Below, piece by piece: positions 26,155 through 34,568 of a stretch of 42,140 bases of DNA. The notes beneath the pieces were generated by a model, which made no database searches, was not told where the DNA came from, and worked only from the letters and a program-made list of their open reading frames with translations. The DNA lies in IMG/VR virus record IMGVR_UViG_3300032320_000178, positions 1 through 42,140 of that record. One strand, 5' to 3'. Each line of letters opens with the position of its first letter. Positions within the stretch are counted from its first letter, which is position 1. This stretch comes from a virus (taxonomy: Duplodnaviria; Caudoviricetes). A program made the position numbers and the translations under genes.

Positions 26155-26367
26155 TCACTTAGCTCCCTGAAACCAGTGTGTAAAGTAACCAAAGCAGGAA
26201 GAGATCGCAGACACGATCATCATGCCAGCCCAAAAGCCGCCACGACCCTTGTTTGCAAGGGCTAAAAGTTCCTCCATTCCTGCTTCAAGTTTGTCAACCT
26301 TCTTGTCAAGGTCTTGAACTTTTTGCAGAAGTGAACCGTACTCCACTAAATCGATGTCTGCGCCCAT
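26155..26367 (-). CDS. Small coiled-coil + TM protein (holin/antiholin-like)
   Basis: LDKKVDKLE coil, then ANKGRGGFWAGMMIVS hydrophobic segment. Confidence 0.65.
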   Translation of the reverse strand: MGADIDLVEYGSLLQKVQDLDKKVDKLEAGMEELLALANKGRGGFWAGMMIVSAISSCFGYFTHWFQGAK

Positions 26368-26369
26368 AC

Positions 26370-26531
26370 TTATTCCGCTGCTGGTGTCTCAGGCTTTGGC
26401 TCCACTTGAGCGTCGGCCTGCTGCTTAATTTTCATGACCAACGGGAAAGCGCCTGTCTTAGTAGGCAAATCGCCCATGACCTGCAAAATCGCGTTGACTT
26501 CGTCAACTGTCAGTTTTAATGTCAGTTCCAT
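26370..26531 (-). CDS. Small hypothetical protein, 53 aa (below the ORF-track cut-off)
   Basis: Hand translation MELTLKLTVDEVNAILQVMGDLPTKTGAFPLVMKIKQQADAQVEPKPETPAAE; GGAG RBS; fills the gap between neighbours. Confidence 0.8.
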   Translation of the reverse strand: MELTLKLTVDEVNAILQVMGDLPTKTGAFPLVMKIKQQADAQVEPKPETPAAE

Positions 26532-26548
26532 TTTTTTCTCCAAAAGTT

Positions 26549-26576
26549 GCCATCAAAATGGGGTGATGGCTTCCCC
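26549..26576 (-). promoter_or_regulatory. Putative H-type RNA pseudoknot upstream of an RBS
   Basis: Minus strand GGGG-AA-GCCATCA-CCCC-ATTT-TGATGGC. Confidence 0.45.
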
Positions 26577-26583
26577 TTAAACA

Positions 26584-26799
26584 TTATGCCGCAGCAGTAC
26601 GCAAAGGCGTCAGGTCTTCCGTTGTCCAGAAATCCTTGGCCAGCATGATGTTTAGATGCTCTTTATTTCGAGCCACGGTGTCTGCCCAATCTTCAGCGGT
26701 CATCAGTTCAGGCTTACCTGCGTTGATGAGGTTTACGCTGTCCATGCAAGCAGAGTAGTGCTTGGCAATTTGTTCTGCGTTGGGGGTTTCGATGGTCAT
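26584..26799 (-). CDS. Small tail-fibre-associated hypothetical protein
   Basis: 71 aa with AGGAG RBS; DSVNLIN..RNKEHL..ML...FWT.EDLTP; lies downstream of the fibres. Confidence 0.7.
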   Translation of the reverse strand: MTIETPNAEQIAKHYSACMDSVNLINAGKPELMTAEDWADTVARNKEHLNIMLAKDFWTTEDLTPLRTAAA

Positions 26800-26802
26800 G
26801 GT

Positions 26803-27066
26803 TTAAGCTCCTTGAGTTTGACGTTCAGCGGCTTCTTGTGCGGCCTGATACGCAGCAACGACTTCAGGTGTCCAAGCCACGTTGCAGATTGCCACAACAT
26901 TTGAAGGGACGCCTGTGAGGTCTTGTGCTGGTGTCAGGCTTGTACGGTGGTAGGTTTGACTCAGTTGCTTACCGTCTTCCATGATGCGAGTTGCCTCACG
27001 ATAGAGAACGACGCCGTTCTCAGTCACGGTGATTTGATCAATTACTTTTTCTTTCGTGATTGCCAT
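26803..27066 (-). CDS. Tail-fibre-associated small protein / chaperone
   Basis: 87 aa, strong AAGGAG RBS, YHR...P..D....V.AIC..AWT motif; directly follows the fibre gene. Confidence 0.7.
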   Translation of the reverse strand: MAITKEKVIDQITVTENGVVLYREATRIMEDGKQLSQTYHRTSLTPAQDLTGVPSNVVAICNVAWTPEVVAAYQAAQEAAERQTQGA

Positions 27067-27135
27067 TTGGGTTTCTCCTTAAAGTTGGCGTTGTGTCCAG
27101 TCTGACCAATCCAGTCAGGCTAATGAACTCTGTGG

Positions 27136-29316
27136 TTAAAGTGTATAAATTACGTTGCCCTGTACAACTGCGCCATCTCCATAAATGCCCAACGGCCCAG
27201 AAGCGCTTATTCCAGCAGTGTCTCGGCCATAAATTGAAAAACCTGTACTATTAAAAGTATATGTAGCCATGCCGAGAACGGTTATTGCTAGACTTTGATA
27301 GTAAGAAATTACGCCACTGCCTTGCACCGTTGAATTACTTTGAAAAGGAAGTCCGAGCACACTTGAGCTAGACCCTGTTCCTTTTGCATTAATATGAATA
27401 TAAAATTCAGCAATTACAAGATTGCCTATTTTTGTATACTTGCCAATTTGGGTGTTATAAGTAGATGTGCCGCCAATAGTTGGTGTCCAAGTCCCTTCCT
27501 CATAATCATCTAGCGTGTTTGGGTCAGTTGATGCATTTTGAGTTGCGGGGAAAGTGATACCTGTGCCAGCTTTTGTAATAGCGCCCTGCAATGCAATACT
27601 TGCACCAGTTTGTGCGTTCAAGATTAAATTTCCGTCACCATCAGACAGCACAACGACATTGTTTATCGTTCGCATATCTAAGCCGCCTTGGTTGCCTGAA
27701 TAGCCGCCAATGATGGTGTTCTTAGAGCCTGTGGTCATGGCAGAACCGCAACCGTTTGAAACGCCCACAACAAGAGAACCGACAAAAGTGTTTGAGCTTC
27801 CAGTCGATAACAGTCCAGCAAGAGGCCCAACCATGCAGTTGCCACCATTAGTCGTCAACGCACTGCCTGCTCCGTTACCAATTGATACGTTGTATGCTCC
27901 TGTGGTGTTTGCATACCCCGCCTGATAACCAACTGCTGTGTTGTTAGAGGCTGTGGTGTTAGAGATAAGGGCCTGAGAACCCAAACCTGTGTTGTAGTTA
28001 CCAGTGGTGTTTGCCGTTAATGCACCATTACCTAAAGCGGTTAAAAAAGCACCAGACGTATTGGCGGTAAGCGCATACGAACCAAAAGCACTGTTATTAA
28101 AACCGCCAGCATTATTTCTTAGCGCTGTATAGCCAAAAGCATCATTTGCTCCGCTTAATGTGTTTGTAAGATATGCTGCTTGATACCCCACTGCGGTAAT
28201 TGGGTTTCCAGTTGTTTGGGTATAGGCAGCTTGATAGCCTACGGCAGTGTTAGCGGCGGCTGTGGTGTTGTTGATTAAGGAATCAGTGCCTACCGCAACG
28301 TTTTGTGCGCCTGTTGTGTTATTTTGACCCGAACTAGCGCCAACCATAGTGTTGTTGGAAGCTGTCGTATTTGAGTAACCAGAATAACGACCAATAAATG
28401 TATTTGTTGCGCCTGTCGTATTGCTGTAACCCGCAACATAACCCACAGCAGTGTTGTTAGAGGCGGTGGTGTTGGAATAGAGAGATGAATCTCCAATTGC
28501 CGTGTTATTAGAACCAGTGGATGCGGTTCCATTTGGCCCACTCGCATATCCAACATAGGTGTTGCTTACGCCTGTGCTGACCTCAAAACCTGTAAACACT
28601 CCTAAGAATGTGTTACGGTTTCCTGTTGTGTTTTTGTATCCAGCTTGGTAGCCTACTGCAGTATTGTTGGATGCTGTGGTGTTGGCTTGAAGTGCTTCAC
28701 GCCCAACCGCCACGTTTGCTGCCCCAGTTGTGTTCGCCAATAAGCTCAATGCTCCAAGAGCAGTATTACCCTGACCAGTTGTTGTTACCTTCAATGCCTG
28801 ATTACCTACTGCGGTATTGTTGTCTGCATTAGATGTGTATGCGGCAAGATAGCCAAAAGCCGTTAAGCCAGCTCCAGTTGTGTTTGTGTAGCCAGCTTGA
28901 TAGCCAGCCACCGCATTTGCCAAACCACTTGTATTTGCTTGTAAAGCACTAGCACCCACCGCAGTGTTGGTAGATACAGCACCTGCACCACGGCCTACGG
29001 TGAGGCCGTAAACAGTCAGGTCAGTGCCGCTGTACAGCAAGTTGGCAGAACCAACAAGCAACTTTGAAGCATTCAAGTATTGAACTTGATTGGCTGTGCC
29101 ATACGACAAGGTTGTTGACGTGGTGACAGTCAAGTCAACAATTGTAGATGCAGTGGCGTTGGTGCCAAGTTCAACAACGTTACCGCCGGCATCTTTTGTG
29201 TAGATGCGCTTTGTGGCTGTATTGACGGCAATTTCGGTGCCGCCAGCTGCGTTGGTCAGGTCACCAGGTGCAGGAGCCCCTGCGGTGTCCTTTTTCTTAA
29301 TCAGGATAGTGGTCAT
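27136..29316 (-). CDS. Tail fibre / receptor-binding protein with YadA-like NTAVG beta-roll repeats
   Basis: Many ~14 aa repeats (NTTASNNTAVGYQA); C-terminal LDDYEEGTWTPT domain. Confidence 0.82.
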   Translation of the reverse strand: MTTILIKKKDTAGAPAPGDLTNAAGGTEIAVNTATKRIYTKDAGGNVVELGTNATASTIVDLTVTTSTTLSYGTANQVQYLNASKLLVGSANLLYSGTDLTVYGLTVGRGAGAVSTNTAVGASALQANTSGLANAVAGYQAGYTNTTGAGLTAFGYLAAYTSNADNNTAVGNQALKVTTTGQGNTALGALSLLANTTGAANVAVGREALQANTTASNNTAVGYQAGYKNTTGNRNTFLGVFTGFEVSTGVSNTYVGYASGPNGTASTGSNNTAIGDSSLYSNTTASNNTAVGYVAGYSNTTGATNTFIGRYSGYSNTTASNNTMVGASSGQNNTTGAQNVAVGTDSLINNTTAAANTAVGYQAAYTQTTGNPITAVGYQAAYLTNTLSGANDAFGYTALRNNAGGFNNSAFGSYALTANTSGAFLTALGNGALTANTTGNYNTGLGSQALISNTTASNNTAVGYQAGYANTTGAYNVSIGNGAGSALTTNGGNCMVGPLAGLLSTGSSNTFVGSLVVGVSNGCGSAMTTGSKNTIIGGYSGNQGGLDMRTINNVVVLSDGDGNLILNAQTGASIALQGAITKAGTGITFPATQNASTDPNTLDDYEEGTWTPTIGGTSTYNTQIGKYTKIGNLVIAEFYIHINAKGTGSSSSVLGLPFQSNSTVQGSGVISYYQSLAITVLGMATYTFNSTGFSIYGRDTAGISASGPLGIYGDGAVVQGNVIYTL
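27690..28970 (-). repeat. Tandem ~14-codon NTAVG coding repeats
   Basis: Roughly 30 degenerate units, with near-identical DNA copies at about 27935, 28448 and 28658. Confidence 0.85.
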
Positions 29317-31463
29317 GCGTAAGTTCCTCCGGGGATTGTATCAGTCCAGGTGGGTGAACCGGTACCCCCTGATATTAAAAAGTAGCCAGATGTTCCAGCC
29401 GCGCTGAAGCCATAAGCCGTCCCAGTACCATACGCCACCGCTCCAGATGTTGGAGTTGTTGTGGCATTTGTACCGCCGTTTGCAATTGGCAGGGTTCCTG
29501 TCACGCCCGTTGTCAAAGGCAAGCCTGTTGCGTTTGTTAGCGTACCACTTGACGGCGTGCCAAGGGCTCCATTAAAGAGCACAAAGGCACCAGCCGATCC
29601 TGTATTGACAGCAAGCGCCGTGGCGACACCAGTGCCCAAGCCAGTGATTGAACCAACCGCTGGGGTGACGGTCGTATTGCCAGCCAAGGTCAATTGGCCC
29701 TGCTGGTTAACCGTAAACGTGCCGACTTGTGTTGCAGAGCCGTAGGCTCCGGCTGTCACAGCTGTATTGGTGATGCTGAACTGAGTTCCCGTAAGGGTTA
29801 GTCCAGTACCTGCTGTGTAAGAGCCTACGCCAGCAAATTGAACCCAAGTGATGGGGGTTGTGCCTAAAGTGCCGCCTGCATTGGAAGTACAAACCCAACC
29901 GGTGTCGGCGTATACGGTTCCTTGCTCGATGAAGGTGAACGCCCCTGGAACTTCAGCCCATGTGTCCATATCAGTTGCACGAGTCCAAGCACCTGCCGCA
30001 ACCAAATAAATTCCGTTGTTTTGACTCAATGTCTGATCTTTAACCAAACACCTGTCTCCAGCAATCAGTGCTACACCATCAATGGTTTGGGTTCCAGACA
30101 ACGTAATGTTCGCCGTTGTTGCCGCCACACAAGATGCCTTGGGGTCTAACCCTTGAGCCACAGAATCCACATATTGCTTAGTGGCCAATTGCAGGGCAGA
30201 CGTTGGATCCTGGGTAACCGCAACCGATGTCAATCCGCCCAAGGTCAATGATGAAGCACCAAGCGAGATAGCAGTTGTACCAACAGTGATCGAGCTGTTT
30301 GTTAGACTTGAATTTGCAATGTTGCTGAGCGTGTTGTTGCTGCCGCTGATCGTCTTGTTAGTCAGCGCTTGGGACCCGCTTAAAGTGGCCACCGTATTGT
30401 CAATTGCAATGGTTACGGCTGTTGAGCCGTTGTAACTGGTACCAGTCAAGCCGGTTCCAATAGTCAAGGCAGCAGTAGCAGTTGCCGTAACGGTTATTGA
30501 CCCACCTAAAGAAACCGACGTACCGTTGATTGTGACGGCCGAATTGGTCAAAGCAGCGTTAGGAATGCTGCTGAAAGTGTTTGTTGCCCCGCTCATTGAC
30601 TTGCCTGTCAGCAAGCTTGGAATGTCGTCATTCACGAGCAAACGGAAGGACGTTGTGGCCGGAGCCCCTGACGTTGGGCCGGCGTACACGTAGTTGGCAG
30701 GCTGGGCAGACACAACCAGGGCAGAGCCCCAAGTTGGAGCGGAGGCGCCCCCTGAGACTAAGACCTGGCCATTTGATCCCTGGACGGTTTGCAAGAAGCC
30801 GCTACTGTTGCTACTGTACCAAATGGCTCCTGCAGTCAAGCTATTGACTTGCATTCCGGTTCCGCCGCGTGTCAATGGCAGCAGGCCCGTATATTCGGTC
30901 AGGTTTGCAAAATTCAAAGCGGGGTGAACGTGGTCACCACGAGAAGACGTTGCAGCAGATCCTTCCGAAGCTGTCCCAAGGGCTGCTGGTGCAGCTGTCG
31001 AAAAGTTAACAGCAAGCGTCCGATCGGCTTGCAAGTTACCGCCACCAGTCAAACCACTGCCTGCAATGATCTGGCGGGTATCAGGAACATATCCAGAAAT
31101 GACTAGGGCTGTCGTAGAGACACTCGTGACAAGGCCCTTAGCATCTACTGTGACTACTGGAATTAAAGTGCCAGAGCCATACGATCCTGGGGTGACCCCG
31201 TTATTGGCTAGTTTGGCATTGGTTACTCCGCCATCAGCAATGCTCAGGGTACGGTCTTGGGAAAGATCGCCGCCGCCTTGCAGTCCGCCGCCTGTGCCGA
31301 TCACGCGAGATGCTGGGACCGAGACAGTCGATTGCAGGTCGATGAAAGGAACCTGGTAAGTGATGCCCCCGATCACGCAAATCATTGTTGCCGACGACGT
31401 CGGGTTTGGGGCAACTGGCAGCTGCGTGATTGACGTTGGTACAAGGTTTGATGGTACTGTCAT
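29313..31463 (-). CDS. Tail fibre protein (proximal)
   Basis: T/G/S-rich; ATKQYVD, GDRCLVKDQT...NGIY, AWTRATD, GTLPIANGGT motifs; ends GGTYA. Confidence 0.82.
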   Translation of the reverse strand: MTVPSNLVPTSITQLPVAPNPTSSATMICVIGGITYQVPFIDLQSTVSVPASRVIGTGGGLQGGGDLSQDRTLSIADGGVTNAKLANNGVTPGSYGSGTLIPVVTVDAKGLVTSVSTTALVISGYVPDTRQIIAGSGLTGGGNLQADRTLAVNFSTAAPAALGTASEGSAATSSRGDHVHPALNFANLTEYTGLLPLTRGGTGMQVNSLTAGAIWYSSNSSGFLQTVQGSNGQVLVSGGASAPTWGSALVVSAQPANYVYAGPTSGAPATTSFRLLVNDDIPSLLTGKSMSGATNTFSSIPNAALTNSAVTINGTSVSLGGSITVTATATAALTIGTGLTGTSYNGSTAVTIAIDNTVATLSGSQALTNKTISGSNNTLSNIANSSLTNSSITVGTTAISLGASSLTLGGLTSVAVTQDPTSALQLATKQYVDSVAQGLDPKASCVAATTANITLSGTQTIDGVALIAGDRCLVKDQTLSQNNGIYLVAAGAWTRATDMDTWAEVPGAFTFIEQGTVYADTGWVCTSNAGGTLGTTPITWVQFAGVGSYTAGTGLTLTGTQFSITNTAVTAGAYGSATQVGTFTVNQQGQLTLAGNTTVTPAVGSITGLGTGVATALAVNTGSAGAFVLFNGALGTPSSGTLTNATGLPLTTGVTGTLPIANGGTNATTTPTSGAVAYGTGTAYGFSAAGTSGYFLISGGTGSPTWTDTIPGGTYA

Positions 31464-31759
31464 GGTATCATGTACTCGTCATTTGTGCCGATAATGAAGC
31501 TGTTGTCGTCCTCAGTCACGATACCCGCTGGGTTAGTAGTGAGCGGCAAGTCAGGTCTTACAAAAGGCAAAGTTATATTGTCGGGCTGGCGAGGAGGTAA
31601 GCGATAAGGATCAAGGTTGTCCAGGTCCTCACGGCAAACTCTTAGCCCGGGTGAATTTGGGTCTGAGAACAACTCATCAAGGCTCATCTTGCGGCTGCAA
31701 CGAGCACACAGGCCAATGCCCAATGTGCTGCGTCCGCGAGTGTCCAAGTAGATGCTCAT
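31460..31759 (-). CDS. Small CxxC-containing neck/structural protein
   Basis: CARC ... LRVCREDLD ... RPD; coupled to the adaptor and the fibre. Confidence 0.65.
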   Translation of the reverse strand: MSIYLDTRGRSTLGIGLCARCSRKMSLDELFSDPNSPGLRVCREDLDNLDPYRLPPRQPDNITLPFVRPDLPLTTNPAGIVTEDDNSFIIGTNDEYMIP

Positions 31760-32748
31760 CGTGTGTACACCGCAATGTTAGGTGTCAAGTAGATTGGCGA
31801 ATCATCGCGTTCTTCATTTTCTGCCTCAAGCAGCGCACGTTGCGCTTTCTGATCCAAGATAGCAATCATCTGAGGATCTACAGTTGGAGTCTCTTCAGCA
31901 AGGCGTGAAGCCAGGACGTAGACAATCGAGTCGTACCAGCGCTGTGGCACTTCAATCTCTTGCGTCATTGTGCCAACGTCCATAATGTAACGCTTCACCC
32001 ATACAACCACTTGGGCAGTGACAAACTGCGCTGATGGTACGGGCCACAAGTACAACACGGGGTTGTTGAGTTGACGATCACACCAGAATTGCAATGGACG
32101 TCCTTCAAACGTCTTGTTAGGCAAGTTGACGTAATCGTCGCGGTTCAAGCGCGCCATAGGGATCTCGTTTGGCGTGTTGGCCAAGATCACCTGAGTTTGA
32201 TTGAGCACGCCTGTTGTTGCTCTCACCCTAAAATAGGTGGTCGCTAGGGACCCCTGGACATCTACCCATGTTACCATACCAGCTGTCGCATTTGGATTGT
32301 CCTGGGTACTTAGAGTGGTCCAGGTGGTGCCATTGTTAGATGTTTCAAGTGCATAGCTTGTTGATGCCCCTGACCACTCAATTCCAATGACTGTGACTTG
32401 CGTTTGCGCCGGAAAAATAGTTGTGTAAGTAGTCGAGGTAGTTGTGTCTGTTGTGTTCTCATTTACAACTTCAATGGTGCGCAAGTTGGTGTTGAGAATG
32501 TCAACGATGCCATTAGGCATTGTGATCAAGCCTTGAGCTTCATAGAGAGGCATCAAGTAACGCTCAATGCACCACAGCTGAAGGCCACGATTGGCCAACA
32601 TGCTGAGCACAAGATAAAGCGTGTCAAGAGCAAAGTCAATTTGCTCTGACGAGATGCCTTCAGGAGGAATACGGCAGCGACGATACGCGTGGTCAATGAC
32701 CTTACGCGTATTGAAAACCGTCATGCTGACTGTGCCTGAAACTGCCAC
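31756..32748 (-). CDS. Head-tail connector / tail tubular A-like protein
   Basis: LANRGLQLW, RDDYVNLPNK...GRPLQFW.DRQ, LWPVP, PQRW motifs; GTG start with AGGAG. Confidence 0.65.
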   Translation of the reverse strand: MAVSGTVSMTVFNTRKVIDHAYRRCRIPPEGISSEQIDFALDTLYLVLSMLANRGLQLWCIERYLMPLYEAQGLITMPNGIVDILNTNLRTIEVVNENTTDTTTSTTYTTIFPAQTQVTVIGIEWSGASTSYALETSNNGTTWTTLSTQDNPNATAGMVTWVDVQGSLATTYFRVRATTGVLNQTQVILANTPNEIPMARLNRDDYVNLPNKTFEGRPLQFWCDRQLNNPVLYLWPVPSAQFVTAQVVVWVKRYIMDVGTMTQEIEVPQRWYDSIVYVLASRLAEETPTVDPQMIAILDQKAQRALLEAENEERDDSPIYLTPNIAVYTR

Positions 32749-32815
32749 CGGATCTGCTCCTATTTGTTGAGTTGCGGCTTGCCGTCAGTGGCAGACCCCG
32801 TGGATTGCCTTTATT

Positions 32816-33499
32816 TTACTTCATCTTGCCAAATTTTGGAACTTTTGAAAACGTTGGCACGCCGCCTTTGGCAAGCTTGTTCCCGGCTCCTGGACCGTGC
32901 GCTTTTCCAGCTGGCATATTGGCGTGCTTTTCAAGCTTTGCCTCGACACCGCCGCCTTTTGCGTACTTTTGGGTCTCGGTGCCAAACTTCTTGGCCATCT
33001 TGTTGCCGGCCTTGCCTTCTGCGTCCATCTTGGAGCGAGTGCCTGCAGCATATTGACCGCCTTCAGCATAGCAACCAGCCATTCCGCCTTTTTTCATGCC
33101 TGTAGGCTCCATCATCTCATGCTTAAGCATGGTCAGAGGTGCTTTTGCCTTGCGCATCATGCCCACTTCAGCCTTTTTGGTGGCCGGAGTGTCCATCTCG
33201 CCAGACATTTCACGCACTTCGTGACTTATCATGGCTTTTGGGGCGCCTGACTTGCGCAAAAGAGCCACTTCCTTGCGGACCATGGCTTCTGGCTCACGTT
33301 TTGGCTTGACTTTTGGACCGCCTTTGGCATAGCCGTATGTAGGTGGTTTGCACATTCCACCATTCTTCATGGCATGCGGAGCGTCATACATGGCCTTAGG
33401 GATGCCTTTTGTTGACTTTGCAGTGGATACTGTACGACCAGCTGGACGAGCAGGTGACGCAGGGAACGTGAATTCCCCATATTTGATATTTTTTCCCAT
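32816..33499 (-). CDS. Basic K/G/M-rich protein with six xAxGG-type motifs
   Basis: MKNGG, YAKGG (x2), MKKGG, YAEGG, LAKGG; AAGGA RBS. Confidence 0.75.
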   Translation of the reverse strand: MGKNIKYGEFTFPASPARPAGRTVSTAKSTKGIPKAMYDAPHAMKNGGMCKPPTYGYAKGGPKVKPKREPEAMVRKEVALLRKSGAPKAMISHEVREMSGEMDTPATKKAEVGMMRKAKAPLTMLKHEMMEPTGMKKGGMAGCYAEGGQYAAGTRSKMDAEGKAGNKMAKKFGTETQKYAKGGGVEAKLEKHANMPAGKAHGPGAGNKLAKGGVPTFSKVPKFGKMK

Positions 33500-33500
33500 G

Positions 33501-33698
33501 TTATTTCCTTTTTGCGGCTGCCCGCATGTTATCTACAAGGTTGGGATAGGGGCGTCCGGCTGCTGCTGCGGCGGCCTTTGCGCTAGCTTTTGCAGCAGGC
33601 GCTAATTTTTTGGGCTTTGGCAGATCCTTTGGCCTTGGCTTATCCCAAGGTGCTTTTACTTTGCCTCCTTTTGCGAAGGCCATTTTCTTTCCCATCAT
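33501..33698 (-). CDS. Small basic protein
   Basis: FAKGG, K/A-rich, GRPYPNLVDNMRAA; start placed at the ATG just after the upstream stop. Confidence 0.7.
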   Translation of the reverse strand: MMGKKMAFAKGGKVKAPWDKPRPKDLPKPKKLAPAAKASAKAAAAAAGRPYPNLVDNMRAAAKRK

Positions 33699-33699
33699 A

Positions 33700-34011
33700 T
33701 TAGCAGTCCCACTTGTTAAGGGCAAGGGCTTTCCTGGTCGGTCTGCCTTTGTCGTCTTTCATTGGACCCGGCAGGCCAGACATTCGCGCGCAAAAACTGT
33801 CGCGTCGACCAGCTGCTTTGGGGCTCTTTGCTGCTTGCTTAGCGGAGACTGGTGGCTTTAGATTGCCGCCTGTTTTGTTGTTGTAGGCATCACGACCTTT
33901 TTGGTTCAAGCCGCCTTTAGGATTTTGTCCTTCTTTGCGCGCCCAGACAGCTCCGCCCTTTGCAACAAACAAAGTGCCTCCGCCTTTACCAAACTTGTGA
34001 TCGTTTACCAT
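33700..34011 (-). CDS. Small basic phage protein
   Basis: WARKEGQNPKGGLNQKGR..RRDSFCARMSG..ALNKWDC; start taken at ATG 34011, overlapping the upstream stop. Confidence 0.72.
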   Translation of the reverse strand: MVNDHKFGKGGGTLFVAKGGAVWARKEGQNPKGGLNQKGRDAYNNKTGGNLKPPVSAKQAAKSPKAAGRRDSFCARMSGLPGPMKDDKGRPTRKALALNKWDC

Positions 34012-34565
34012 GTTGCAATCGCCACACGCTTCCACGTGTCGGTCGCCACGCAGACGTAGATGTAACTGGTGTCCCAGCAAATATCGCCCTTAGTACCTGG
34101 GGCTGCTGCCGAAGCAGGAGTCCGGGTATTAGGGAGATTGATGGTGTTGCCAGTGACGCCAAAGTTGCCATTGCTGTTGAAGGTAGCAACGGCGGTTGCT
34201 GCAGCACCACCCGCCATCAACAAGACTTGCAGGTTGAAGGCCTCGGTGCCGGAGCCCACGTTTGTAGTCACTGCCGAAAGCAAGGCGCCAATCTCAACGT
34301 TACTGGCTGATGTCTCGCACTGGAAAGCGAGACGGGTTCCAATACCGGCTGCTGCCGTACCAGAAGTCTGGTGACTTAGGGTTGCAGCAGTGGCCGGCGT
34401 GTTGGTGTTGGAAGTCTCAACCAGCAGGGTTGGATTTGAATTTGCAAAGGCCTTGATCTGGTCTGATGACAGCTTGACGGAAGTGGCCGACTGGACCGAC
34501 TCATAAAGCTCGGTGCCAACAAGCGTGGTGCCTGCAGGTAAGTCCGTGATCTTTAAGTTTGCCAT
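34005..34565 (-). CDS. Short fibre / head-decoration-type structural protein
   Basis: KITDLP N-terminus; C-terminal GDICWDTSYIYVCVATDTWKR. Confidence 0.65.
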   Translation of the reverse strand: MANLKITDLPAGTTLVGTELYESVQSATSVKLSSDQIKAFANSNPTLLVETSNTNTPATAATLSHQTSGTAAAGIGTRLAFQCETSASNVEIGALLSAVTTNVGSGTEAFNLQVLLMAGGAAATAVATFNSNGNFGVTGNTINLPNTRTPASAAAPGTKGDICWDTSYIYVCVATDTWKRVAIATW

Positions 34566-34568
34566 GGC

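Noticed and set aside
27690-28970. Possible CRISPR array or DGR template/variable repeat in the fibre gene
   Set aside because: Repeats are degenerate in-frame protein repeats with no unique spacers; no reverse transcriptase or cas gene in the window.
32749-32815. Short intergenic hairpin TGCC-ACTGAC-GGCA
   Set aside because: A 4 bp core stem is too weak to call without covariation data.
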